A DNA stretch of 64,000 nucleotides, from IMG/VR virus record IMGVR_UViG_3300030372_001977, positions 19,693 through 83,692 of that record; one strand, written 5' to 3'. This DNA is from a virus (Duplodnaviria; Caudoviricetes). Of this stretch, positions 10,066-17,595 are shown one piece after another. Both the position numbers and the translations under genes were made by a program. How positions within the stretch are numbered: the stretch's first letter is position 1; each line of letters starts with the position of its first letter. The notes below the pieces were generated by a model that worked only from the letters and a program-made list of their open reading frames with translations, was not told where the DNA came from and searched no databases.

Positions 10066-10420
10066 GTTTTCTTACAAGTGTTAGGACATTCTTATATTTT
10101 TCTTTATCTTCTACTAGTTCTACAGTAATACTTATTTCATCTAGTTTTTCATTATTTTCTATTGCAATATCTTTTAAAATTCTTAATCTATGATTTCCAT
10201 TGCACGCATAATATCTATACTCTAAATTTTCTCCTTTATAATCTAAAACTTCAATATTATTTTGTATTCCATTTTCTTTAATATCTTCTTTTAACTGTTT
10301 ATTTGACCAATAACAATTATTTTTAATCGTATGTTTAACTCCATACTTTGCATAAAAACCACCAGCATTACAAAAACAACCTTTAATTTGACTTAAAAAT
10401 AAAGTTGTAGTTTTACTCAT
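10034..10420 (-). CDS. ParB/Srx-like N-terminal domain protein
   Basis: LKEDIKENGIQNNIEV...YYACNGNHRLRIL matches the ParB-like L..SI...G...PI.V...DG.HR pattern. Confidence 0.6.
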   Translation of the reverse strand: MSKTTTLFLSQIKGCFCNAGGFYAKYGVKHTIKNNCYWSNKQLKEDIKENGIQNNIEVLDYKGENLEYRYYACNGNHRLRILKDIAIENNEKLDEISITVELVEDKEKYKNVLTLVRKHERRFNTHTR

Positions 10421-10673
10421 CTACTTTTTTATTGTGTATTTCTAAAAACTGTTTTATAGTTTCAAATTGCATACAATAATCATATAATATTTTTTCATCC
10501 TCAGTATGCTCTTTTTTAGCATCATGAATTAAAGCATATTTAAATAAAGCCATTTCATGATTTTGTAACTGCGAATCTCTTTCACGAATTAACATATAAA
10601 CATCGTAGTCAATCTTTTTTTGCATTCCATTAATAAATACCTTCTTCTTACTTTTCTTTTTTTCTTTTTTCAT
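10413..10673 (-). CDS. Hypothetical protein
   Basis: 86 aa ORF overlapping both neighbours in operon fashion. Confidence 0.5.
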   Translation of the reverse strand: MKKEKKKSKKKVFINGMQKKIDYDVYMLIRERDSQLQNHEMALFKYALIHDAKKEHTEDEKILYDYCMQFETIKQFLEIHNKKVDE

Positions 10674-10896
10674 TTAATTTAGTAATATGTTTAATTCTAT
10701 TAGGGTTTACAGAAAATTTACCAAAGTAAGGTAGACGAACACTATCAAAATTTCCCTGTTTCATTATCTTTTCTACAAATTTAAATTGTGAGTTTACAAT
10801 ATTTTCTACTTTTTTAAGGGAAAGATTATATTTAGTCGCTAGAATCTGTATTATTATTTTTTTGTCTTTCAGCATTTTCTTTTTTGTAGTTTTCAA
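10648..10896 (-). CDS. IHF/HU-like DNA-binding protein
   Basis: 82 aa basic protein; helix pair then VRLPYFGKFSV, the HU/IHF beta-arm signature. Confidence 0.6.
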   Translation of the reverse strand: MKTTKKKMLKDKKIIIQILATKYNLSLKKVENIVNSQFKFVEKIMKQGNFDSVRLPYFGKFSVNPNRIKHITKLNEKRKKEK

Positions 10897-11365
10897 CCTC
10901 TTCTGGAGGTATTATCTTCATGTTTCCAGGACCTGCAGGCATCATAGTTGGGGGATTTGTATATATTTTTGTACCGTTAGCATCATAATAATGATATGCT
11001 TCTTCTATGTCTGGAGTGTTTTCTTTTTCTTTCTCCTTATCAGCTTTATCTGCTGCTTCTTTTTCTTCTTTTGATAATTCTTGCTTTTCCCACTTATCTT
11101 TTGGGCAATCTGCTGTTTTCCATTTTGCTTTATGTTCTAACAAACAGCCGCAAGCTCCACACCTCATACTTTTTTCAATTAAAAATTCACATTCTTTGCA
11201 AGTATCTAATCTTGCTACGTAGTCTTCTTCAGTTACATTAGGGGCACCTTCTTTTACATACTTAGCTACTTCTTTTGTAAAACTTTTAGCCATTTGAAAA
11301 AATGATGGGGGTTTTACATAATGTTCTTCGTTATCAATTTTTTCTTTATCAGTCATATTTCTCAA
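10832..11365 (-). CDS. Cys-rich protein (DUF6171-like)
   Basis: RLDTCKECEFL...RCGACGCLL..KAKWKTADCPKDKW six-Cys motif; likely start at ATG 11356. Confidence 0.55.
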   Translation of the reverse strand: MRNMTDKEKIDNEEHYVKPPSFFQMAKSFTKEVAKYVKEGAPNVTEEDYVARLDTCKECEFLIEKSMRCGACGCLLEHKAKWKTADCPKDKWEKQELSKEEKEAADKADKEKEKENTPDIEEAYHYYDANGTKIYTNPPTMMPAGPGNMKIIPPEEVENYKKENAERQKNNNTDSSD

Positions 11366-11468
11366 TCTTTAAAGTTATTAAATCTCCACTTGGATTTTGT
11401 AGTATAATTATTTCATATGGCCCTACTTCAAAGTATGATGGTACTAAAATATCAAGTATATTATCCAT
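11349..11468 (-). CDS. Small hypothetical protein (39 aa, not in the ORF track)
   Basis: MDNILDILVPSYFEVGPYEIIILQNPSGDLITLKIEKYD fills the gap between neighbours with 1 nt and 8 nt overlaps. Confidence 0.45.
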   Translation of the reverse strand: MDNILDILVPSYFEVGPYEIIILQNPSGDLITLKIEKYD

Positions 11469-11800
11469 TATCCTCTTTTTATTGTAACTTCTACCTTATC
11501 TGTATTTGGATTTAAAAATGGGTTAAGGGTATATACATTATCTTTCTTTATCATAGCCCCCTTATCTTTAAATCTTTTAATATAATTATTTAGTGTATTA
11601 TAATCTGTAATTCCTATCATTCCTGCTACATTCTTTTTATTATTTATAGAACAAAGATTAATATCCTTTTTACTATCTTGAACATCTATAAATGCAGCTA
11701 AAATTTGTAGTTCTTTATTAGTTAAATTAAATATACCATTCCATATTTGTAAATATTTATATGTAGTATCTATATTAACTGTTATTTTTTTATTTTTCAT
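11468..11800 (-). CDS. Winged-helix DNA-binding protein (RepL-like)
   Basis: HTH-like region followed by LNNYIKRFKDKGAM...YTLNPFL. Confidence 0.4.
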   Translation of the reverse strand: MKNKKITVNIDTTYKYLQIWNGIFNLTNKELQILAAFIDVQDSKKDINLCSINNKKNVAGMIGITDYNTLNNYIKRFKDKGAMIKKDNVYTLNPFLNPNTDKVEVTIKRG

Positions 11801-12092
11801 TGTATTTATTCTTTATACCTAATTTTTTATTTATTTCTTGTTGTTCTTTTTCTCTGTAGCCTTTACCCATATCTGTTCCATAGTATTCATCAAACGTAAC
11901 TTCTTTTTTTCGTAAAGTTGGTTCTGTTCTTATAAGACTTGGAAAACCATCAAACTCTTTTTCTACCTCTTGCATCCAATCCCCACATTCACACTGAGCT
12001 TGTTCAGTCCTAACTTTACCATCTATAACTTTTAGTGTTGCTTTAGATAATTCTCTTGTGTTCCCACAACTATTACATATATACTTCAACAT
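11790..12092 (-). CDS. Zinc-ribbon protein
   Basis: YICNSCG ... QCECG Cys pairs. Confidence 0.5.
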   Translation of the reverse strand: MLKYICNSCGNTRELSKATLKVIDGKVRTEQAQCECGDWMQEVEKEFDGFPSLIRTEPTLRKKEVTFDEYYGTDMGKGYREKEQQEINKKLGIKNKYNEK

Positions 12093-12094
12093 TT

Positions 12095-12181
12095 CTACTC
12101 TTCGTTTTCAAAAATTATTTCTTTAGCTACAAATACAGCTCCTAGTATAATTAGTATAATTATTAATATTACGTCTATCAT
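12095..12181 (-). CDS. Single-pass membrane micropeptide (28 aa, not in the ORF track)
   Basis: MIDVILIIILIILGAVFVAKEIIFENEE; ATG overlaps the upstream stop and the ORF ends 2 nt before the next start. Confidence 0.5.
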   Translation of the reverse strand: MIDVILIIILIILGAVFVAKEIIFENEE

Positions 12182-12417
12182 ATTTTTAATTCTATTTTAG
12201 CAATGCCCCCATTTATATTGATCACTGCTGTTTGTGATTGTCTATTAAACTCCTCTACATACTTCTCTACATTCTCTCTTGTGCAAATAAAAGACAAAAA
12301 TACCTGCAACTCTTTAACTGCTAAATCTAAATCTTGTTTAGCTTTTAAAGTTTTAGAGTCAGAATCTAAAAAATCATGGTAATCTTTAAGGGATATAGTT
12401 ACGCTACCTTTTACCAC
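12178..12417 (-). CDS. Hypothetical protein
   Basis: 79 aa ORF coupled to groES. Confidence 0.5.
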   Translation of the reverse strand: MVKGSVTISLKDYHDFLDSDSKTLKAKQDLDLAVKELQVFLSFICTRENVEKYVEEFNRQSQTAVININGGIAKIELKI

Positions 12418-12680
12418 TTACCTAACAACTGATGTTCCCCAACTAATAAAACATCTTTCTCATCTACACGAGACTTTATAGCCTCTGTTCTAGGATCTAC
12501 CATAACAGTATCCCCAACTTTAACAAAATTGCACATAGGACCTACAGCTATTACCTCTAATATATTAGAACGTTTAGCATTATCCGCTGCTGTCTCATCT
12601 CCTACAAAAATACCTGACTCTGTTTGTGTAATTGTTGGGTCTGGAAGGATGACCCATGATCCATTTGGTTTAAATTCCAT
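12411..12680 (-). CDS. groES: Co-chaperonin GroES-like protein
   Basis: FKPNGSWVIL, mobile loop TESGIFV, EVIAVGP...VKVGDTVM, LLVGEHQLLG. Confidence 0.8.
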   Translation of the reverse strand: MEFKPNGSWVILPDPTITQTESGIFVGDETAADNAKRSNILEVIAVGPMCNFVKVGDTVMVDPRTEAIKSRVDEKDVLLVGEHQLLGKW

Positions 12681-12699
12681 AATCTATATATTTTTTTTA

Positions 12700-12732
12700 C
12701 AAATATATAAACTATTTTTTTATATTTCCAAA
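12700..12732 (-). promoter_or_regulatory. Bacteroidota housekeeping-sigma promoter for the groES/packaging operon
   Basis: -33 TTTG (12729-12732) and -7 TATATTTG (12700-12707), 21 nt spacer. Confidence 0.7.
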
Positions 12733-12749
12733 TGTTTTTTAAGAAAAGT

Positions 12750-13013
12750 TTGTTTACTGGAAGTAACTAGACGCAGTTATCCCCCTTGAGATTTTATTTC
12801 AAACTTGGACTTCGTATCTAGCAGTGCTCCTTGTTAAGGGACCCAGGGATAATAAAACTGATGTTAATTCATCACACTTACCTATGTGTAATTTACCCCA
12901 ACTAGAACTTATACACTCGTTCTTTTGCAATTACCGGAGAAAACTCTATCTCTATTTGAGACTACAATCCGATGTCTTTTCCCATTTTTGGTTACCGTGG
13001 GATGAAATTATTG
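12750..13013 (-). ncRNA. Candidate structured non-coding RNA (~260 nt)
   Basis: No ORF on the minus strand; own promoter; many stems (TCCCA/TGGGA, GTAATT/AATTAC enclosing AGAAC/GTTCT, ACAC/GTGT, TGATG/CATCA, TTATCCCT/GGGGATAA, CCTT/AAGG, TAACT/AGTTA). Confidence 0.5.
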
Positions 13014-13018
13014 CGATG

Positions 13019-13049
13019 CAAAAATAATAAAAATTTATTACAATCCAAA
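13019..13049 (-). promoter_or_regulatory. Bacteroidota promoter upstream of the candidate ncRNA
   Basis: -33 TTTG (13046-13049) and -7 TATTTTTG (13019-13026), 19 nt spacer. Confidence 0.65.
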
Positions 13050-13109
13050 TAAAAACACAATAATCATAAGTAATAAATATATTACAGGTGTTAAATCTAT
13101 TCTTTTCAT
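13038..13109 (-). CDS. Single-pass membrane micropeptide (23 aa, not in the ORF track)
   Basis: MKRIDLTPVIYLLLMIIVFLFGL; a TATATTTG -7 element lies 4 nt upstream. Confidence 0.5.
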   Translation of the reverse strand: MKRIDLTPVIYLLLMIIVFLFGL

Positions 13110-13113
13110 ACTG

Positions 13114-13121
13114 CAAATATA
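13114..13121 (-). promoter_or_regulatory. Bacteroidota -7 element
   Basis: TATATTTG on the minus strand immediately upstream of the 23 aa ORF. Confidence 0.45.
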
Positions 13122-13312
13122 CCTAGCTGCTATCCAAATAATGTTAAGGTAATGTTAAATTTTAAAAATAAAAAAAATTTTTTTGGTGGGTTAATGAGCG
13201 TGAGGACCAGCACAATCAAAGACCCCCGCTATTTTACGGAGTTCAAAGTACCCAGGCTTTAATCTTCAAACATTAATTATTTCTGGGAATAATCTAAAAA
13301 CATAAATGCCTT

Positions 13313-13564
13313 ATGCTACCTACTATTACAGCTACAACAATTAGAACAACTACTAATCATGTATTAATATTCTACAAAGCCAACCCATTCTCTTGCGAGA
13401 ACGCTATTGGCTATGTTCAAAAGAATAATCTTATACCTGAGACTATTCAGCCTAAAGATACATTTCAAATACCAGCTAATCCTATTCCTTTTCAGAAAGA
13501 AGATGAAAATGGTAACATAATGTGTACTAAGGATGGTGAGCCATTGACGTTTCTTAAGTGGTAG
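13313..13564 (+). CDS. Hypothetical protein, first gene of the rightward block
   Basis: 83 aa ORF with an A-rich leader, followed by a terminator. Confidence 0.55.
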   Translation: MLPTITATTIRTTTNHVLIFYKANPFSCENAIGYVQKNNLIPETIQPKDTFQIPANPIPFQKEDENGNIMCTKDGEPLTFLKW

Positions 13565-13565
13565 T

Positions 13566-13588
13566 AAAGGGAGTTCTTCCCTTTTTTT
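13566..13588 (+). terminator. Intrinsic terminator
   Basis: AAAGGGA-GTTCT-TCCCTTT followed by a T run. Confidence 0.65.
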
Positions 13589-13712
13589 GTTTTCTTGTCG
13601 TAAACAATCACGAAAGTGTGTGAGTGTGTCAATCAGGTCACATTCACCACTTTTTCCCACATTTTAACATTATATCAAATTGTAAAGATATAATAATATA
13701 ACATTAACAACT

Positions 13713-13813
13713 TAATAACAGGTGTAACAATAAGCCCAAAGGTTAGTGATAACCATCTAGATTTGGTGTCGAATTGAGTAGGAAACAAAAAAACCCTACT
13801 CAACCTGTTATTA
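13713..13813 (+). other. Structured intergenic element (multi-stem junction)
   Basis: Outer stem TAATAACAGG/CCTGTTATTA; inner GGTTA-GTGA-TAACC and TTGAGTAGG/CCTACTCAA hairpins. Confidence 0.5.
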
Positions 13814-13847
13814 TTAACCTAAACATTAACTAAACACAAATAAAGAC

Positions 13848-14012
13848 ATGGAAAAAACAACACCATTTTCTGATGCACTTAACGTTGCACCTTCAGAAAG
13901 AGAACAAACAGAAATTAATATCTTAAGAGAATCTAACAGCAAGTTAAAACTTGAGCTACTAAAACTAAAAGAGAAACTTAAGAAGATTAGAGAAGAGGCG
14001 GAATGGAACTAG
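13848..14012 (+). CDS. Small coiled-coil protein (54 aa, not in the ORF track)
   Basis: MEKTTPFSDALNVAPSEREQTEINILRESNSKLKLELLKLKEKLKKIREEAEWN. Confidence 0.5.
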   Translation: MEKTTPFSDALNVAPSEREQTEINILRESNSKLKLELLKLKEKLKKIREEAEWN

Positions 14013-14206
14013 CAATAAGAAAGTTTATAATCTATCCTATAATGGACAGAATATTTAACTATAAACAGAAACCTAGTAATATACAGCCAATGAAAATAGA
14101 ATGCACTGCACATCCAGCAACTAGTAAGAAATTACAATGCTTAGATGTAAGAAGCATAACTTATGATGATTGGCTAAAATATATTAGACATGAATGCACA
14201 AGATAA
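14003..14206 (+). CDS. Hypothetical protein
   Basis: 67 aa ORF overlapping the previous stop. Confidence 0.4.
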   Translation: MELAIRKFIIYPIMDRIFNYKQKPSNIQPMKIECTAHPATSKKLQCLDVRSITYDDWLKYIRHECTR

Positions 14207-14219
14207 ATATAAGAGAACA

Positions 14220-14288
14220 ATGCGAGAGTTATACTATGCTTATATAGGTATAATTCTTGTGTTGGTCTACGCAATTATAGCACAGTAA
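14220..14288 (+). CDS. Hydrophobic micropeptide (22 aa, not in the ORF track)
   Basis: MRELYYAYIGIILVLVYAIIAQ; its 5' coding region folds into a long G-U-rich hairpin. Confidence 0.4.
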   Translation: MRELYYAYIGIILVLVYAIIAQ

Positions 14289-14352
14289 ACACAAGGTTGA
14301 TGATATACCTTTTTAAAATCATCAAATTAACCCATTAAAAATCAATTAAACA

Positions 14353-15027
14353 ATGGCAAATCAATTAAATGAAGGAGGGAAACCAAGAGCACAAGAGCTA
14401 ATGTCTTCCCTAAAAGTAGGTCAAACAGTACTTACAAAAGTAATCAAAACTAGTAATCCTGACTATGTAAGAATGGAGTTAGTGGAGAGAATCGCAAAAT
14501 CTAACAGCAAACCATCTGATGACGGCATAATAAGTATGTATGAAATGTCTATCGGTGCTAATAGCTCGTTACAGTATTTCTGGCAACCAGTTAGTGTAGA
14601 TCACTTACAAGCTTGGCTAGATATACCTGAGTTAGACATTGCGTTAGCAGAGTTTACAACTGAGGTTGACTCAAAAGGTAAATCAAGAGAGGTTTACTAT
14701 CTAAATGTACCTCAACCAACTGCGTATGTTAATCCTGCAACAGGAGAAGCTATCGAAGTTAGAATGCATGGTAGAATCATTGAGACTACTGAGGGCCAAG
14801 ACTGGCAAGTGGAGAACAATGACGTTAAAAGAAATCCATCTACTGGAGATGCTATCACACACAATGGTAACTATGTTTACTATAATAATAAGATAGTATT
14901 TACTGCAGATGTTAGTGATAACGCTAAAGTACCTCATGTATTTCTAGCTAACGATGTACAGTCAGTGACTTCTAAAGTGGAAGCTAAAGAGGAAGTTCTA
15001 GACGAAGTGCAGTTAGACATGATGTAA
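14353..15027 (+). CDS. Hypothetical beta-rich protein with acidic tail (possible ssDNA-binding protein)
   Basis: 224 aa; acidic C-terminus; AATCAATTAAA leader; strong terminator downstream. Confidence 0.45.
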   Translation: MANQLNEGGKPRAQELMSSLKVGQTVLTKVIKTSNPDYVRMELVERIAKSNSKPSDDGIISMYEMSIGANSSLQYFWQPVSVDHLQAWLDIPELDIALAEFTTEVDSKGKSREVYYLNVPQPTAYVNPATGEAIEVRMHGRIIETTEGQDWQVENNDVKRNPSTGDAITHNGNYVYYNNKIVFTADVSDNAKVPHVFLANDVQSVTSKVEAKEEVLDEVQLDMM

Positions 15028-15068
15028 AATATGGACTACAGATAAGGCAATCTGTGTTTTTAACAGTT

Positions 15069-15100
15069 AAGGGGACTTTCGAGTCCTCTTTTCTGTTTTT
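15069..15100 (+). terminator. Intrinsic terminator
   Basis: AAGGGGACT-TTCG-AGTCCTCTT followed by TTCTGTTTTT. Confidence 0.75.
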
Positions 15101-15114
15101 ATAACAAATTTTTT

Positions 15115-15122
15115 TATATTTG
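15115..15122 (+). promoter_or_regulatory. Bacteroidota -7 element for the replication operon
   Basis: TATATTTG just after the terminator and 25 nt before the ATG at 15148. Confidence 0.55.
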
Positions 15123-15147
15123 TAGTCTTAATTTTAAATATATAATC

Positions 15148-15411
15148 ATGAGTGGAAAACCATACAACACGTATCTCGACAAAATACAAATTGTTATAAA
15201 GAAGAAGATGGTAAAAGAGAAAATTAAATTTCAGGGTAAAATGATAGTTAGAGAAAGAGTAGAAACTGAATTTAAACTTCCAAAAATAATCAACACTGAC
15301 ATAGGTTATCAGCTTATGTTTGGAAATAAACCATCAATACCAAAATATAAACAAGACAGTGGTATAGAAGAAATGTCTGTAATAAGCAACCAAAACTATA
15401 TCATGGACTAA
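15148..15411 (+). CDS. Hypothetical protein
   Basis: 87 aa ORF downstream of the promoter. Confidence 0.5.
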   Translation: MSGKPYNTYLDKIQIVIKKKMVKEKIKFQGKMIVRERVETEFKLPKIINTDIGYQLMFGNKPSIPKYKQDSGIEEMSVISNQNYIMD

Positions 15412-15443
15412 TAAATTAACTAATCAATTAAAACACAATTATC

Positions 15444-15680
15444 ATGGGAAAAATGAAATGGATTTATCAAATGGTGCAAGATGGCACTTCAGAAGATTTT
15501 ATCAAAGCATATTTACAAGCTAAGTTACAAGACAAGCAAGAATTTATCTTTGATTCACAAACTATCAGTATATTACAAGGCAAGTCTATAATGCGGGAGA
15601 TCAGAAAAGTAGACAAGGAATACAATGAATACATAGACACACGAGCTGAAATGTATGGTAGACAATACTACGGAGAATGA
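15444..15680 (+). CDS. Hypothetical protein
   Basis: 78 aa, ATGA-coupled to polA. Confidence 0.5.
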   Translation: MGKMKWIYQMVQDGTSEDFIKAYLQAKLQDKQEFIFDSQTISILQGKSIMREIRKVDKEYNEYIDTRAEMYGRQYYGE

Positions 15681-17575
15681 TCTACTTAATAGACGGACAC
15701 AATACTCAATTACTTTCACCACATTATCAAAAGGCAACTATTGAAGATGCGGTGGAGTATTGTTCCACTAAAACTGTACTAGGAGTAGACACAGAGACTG
15801 AGGGCTTTGACTTCACATGTAAGAAAATGATTATGTTTCAGATTGGAGACAAAGACAAACAGTTTGTGATTGACACTAGAACAGTTAGTGTAGAACCACT
15901 GCGCAGTATACTAGAAAGCAAAGACATTATAAAAGTATTTCACAATGCTAAATTTGACTATAAGTTTATAAAAAGGTGGGGAAATATAGAATGTGAAGGT
16001 ATTTATGATACATTTCTAACTGAGCGTGTGTTAAACTGTGGTAAAGACGGTGTTAAATACGGACTTAAAGATGTTTGTAAAAAATACCTAAACGTTGAGC
16101 TGAACAAAGACGTAAGGAATCAGTTTATAGGATTAACAGGTCAACCATTTGAGAATAGTCAGATTATATACGGTGCTAAAGACGTTGAATACTTGCTAGG
16201 TGTTAGGGACCACCAGTTACCACTGATAGAAAGATATAAGTTAAATAATGTGGTAGAGCTTGAGAACAAAGCAGTTACTGCATTTGCTGACATAGAGTAT
16301 AATGGTTTAGATTTAGATACAGAGAGTTGGAAAGAGATAAAGAAAACGAACACACATAAAGCTGACATGTTGCTTATAAATCTAGATTTAATGTTAACAG
16401 AGGATTACAGGTTAAAGAAGTTTGTATCTAAATATTTACAAACAGATATGTTTACACCTGTAGAAGACTTAAGAAAGGTTGATGTAAAATGGACGTCACC
16501 TAAACAAGTTCTAGATGTATTTAAAGTGTTGATTCCTAAGTTAGAGAATGTAAATGGGAAAGCTATGTATAAACATAGGTATAAGTTCCCACTTATAAAT
16601 ACATATGTAGAATACAAAGAGGCAATGAAACTGTGTACATCTTATGGTGATGCATTTTTTAAGAATTTGTCCTCAGATAATAGAATTCATACCAATTTTC
16701 ACCAGATACTAGACACTGGCCGTGTAAGTAGCAGCAAGCCTAACATGCAGCAGATACCTGCTGACAATGTATACAGGAACTGTTTCATTGCACCCGATGG
16801 TTGGAGTTTTGTCAGTGCCGATTATTCTTCACAAGAGTTAAATGTCATAGCTTATGGTAGCCAAGATCCAGTTTGGATAGAAGCACTAAAGAATAATGAG
16901 GACCTACACTCCACATGTGCCGAGCTAGTATATGGTGATCAATGGTTAAACAGTGGGGAAGATGATTGCGCTTATTTTAAGAATAAAGTAAAATGTAATT
17001 GTCCTAATCACAAAAAACTTAGAACTAATGTCAAAACAATTAATTTCGGTCTTGCTTATGGCATGGGCCCTAATAAGCTTTCTGATACTCTTAACATCAG
17101 TTTGGAAGGAGCTAAAGAACTCATCGAAGAGTATTTCAAAGCATTCCCAGCGATCAAAGGATTCTTAGATAAGCTAGGTAACTATGGTAAGAAGTATGGG
17201 TATATTAAAACATTTCCTCCTTATAATAGGAAGAGGTGGTTTAGTAACTGGTATCCAAAGATTTGGAATAACAAGTCATCTATGATGGAGCTTGGTAGTA
17301 TTGAACGAGCATCTAAAAATACACCTATACAAGGAGCTAGCGCAGATATGACAAAGCTGGCACTAGTACTTATGAGGGACTATATAAAGATAACTAATTG
17401 TCCTGTTAAACTAGTAATGACTGTACATGATCAGATAGATACTATATGTAGTAATGAGTATTTAGAAGAGTGGACAGTCAAAATGCAAGAGCTTATGGAA
17501 CTGGCTGCTAATCAAATAGTTAAGAACGGCTTATTGAAAGCAGAAGTATCAGTAAGTAATTGTTGGGAAAAGTAA
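15677..17575 (+). CDS. polA: DNA polymerase family A (3'-5' exonuclease + polymerase)
   Basis: Exo I GVDTETEG, Exo II FHNAKFD, Exo III YGAKDV; motif A ADYSSQEL, motif B KTINFGLAYG (Phe at the E. coli 762-equivalent position), motif C VHDQI. Confidence 0.95.
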   Translation: MIYLIDGHNTQLLSPHYQKATIEDAVEYCSTKTVLGVDTETEGFDFTCKKMIMFQIGDKDKQFVIDTRTVSVEPLRSILESKDIIKVFHNAKFDYKFIKRWGNIECEGIYDTFLTERVLNCGKDGVKYGLKDVCKKYLNVELNKDVRNQFIGLTGQPFENSQIIYGAKDVEYLLGVRDHQLPLIERYKLNNVVELENKAVTAFADIEYNGLDLDTESWKEIKKTNTHKADMLLINLDLMLTEDYRLKKFVSKYLQTDMFTPVEDLRKVDVKWTSPKQVLDVFKVLIPKLENVNGKAMYKHRYKFPLINTYVEYKEAMKLCTSYGDAFFKNLSSDNRIHTNFHQILDTGRVSSSKPNMQQIPADNVYRNCFIAPDGWSFVSADYSSQELNVIAYGSQDPVWIEALKNNEDLHSTCAELVYGDQWLNSGEDDCAYFKNKVKCNCPNHKKLRTNVKTINFGLAYGMGPNKLSDTLNISLEGAKELIEEYFKAFPAIKGFLDKLGNYGKKYGYIKTFPPYNRKRWFSNWYPKIWNNKSSMMELGSIERASKNTPIQGASADMTKLALVLMRDYIKITNCPVKLVMTVHDQIDTICSNEYLEEWTVKMQELMELAANQIVKNGLLKAEVSVSNCWEK

Positions 17576-17595
17576 ATAACTTAAAAATATAAATT

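Noticed and set aside
12824-13027. 67 aa plus-strand ORF over the ncRNA candidate
   Set aside because: It runs against three minus-strand promoters, has no A-rich leader and no recognisable composition; the region is better explained as a minus-strand RNA.
13364-13660. 98 aa minus-strand ORF
   Set aside because: It is antisense to the 83 aa plus-strand gene and crosses its terminator.
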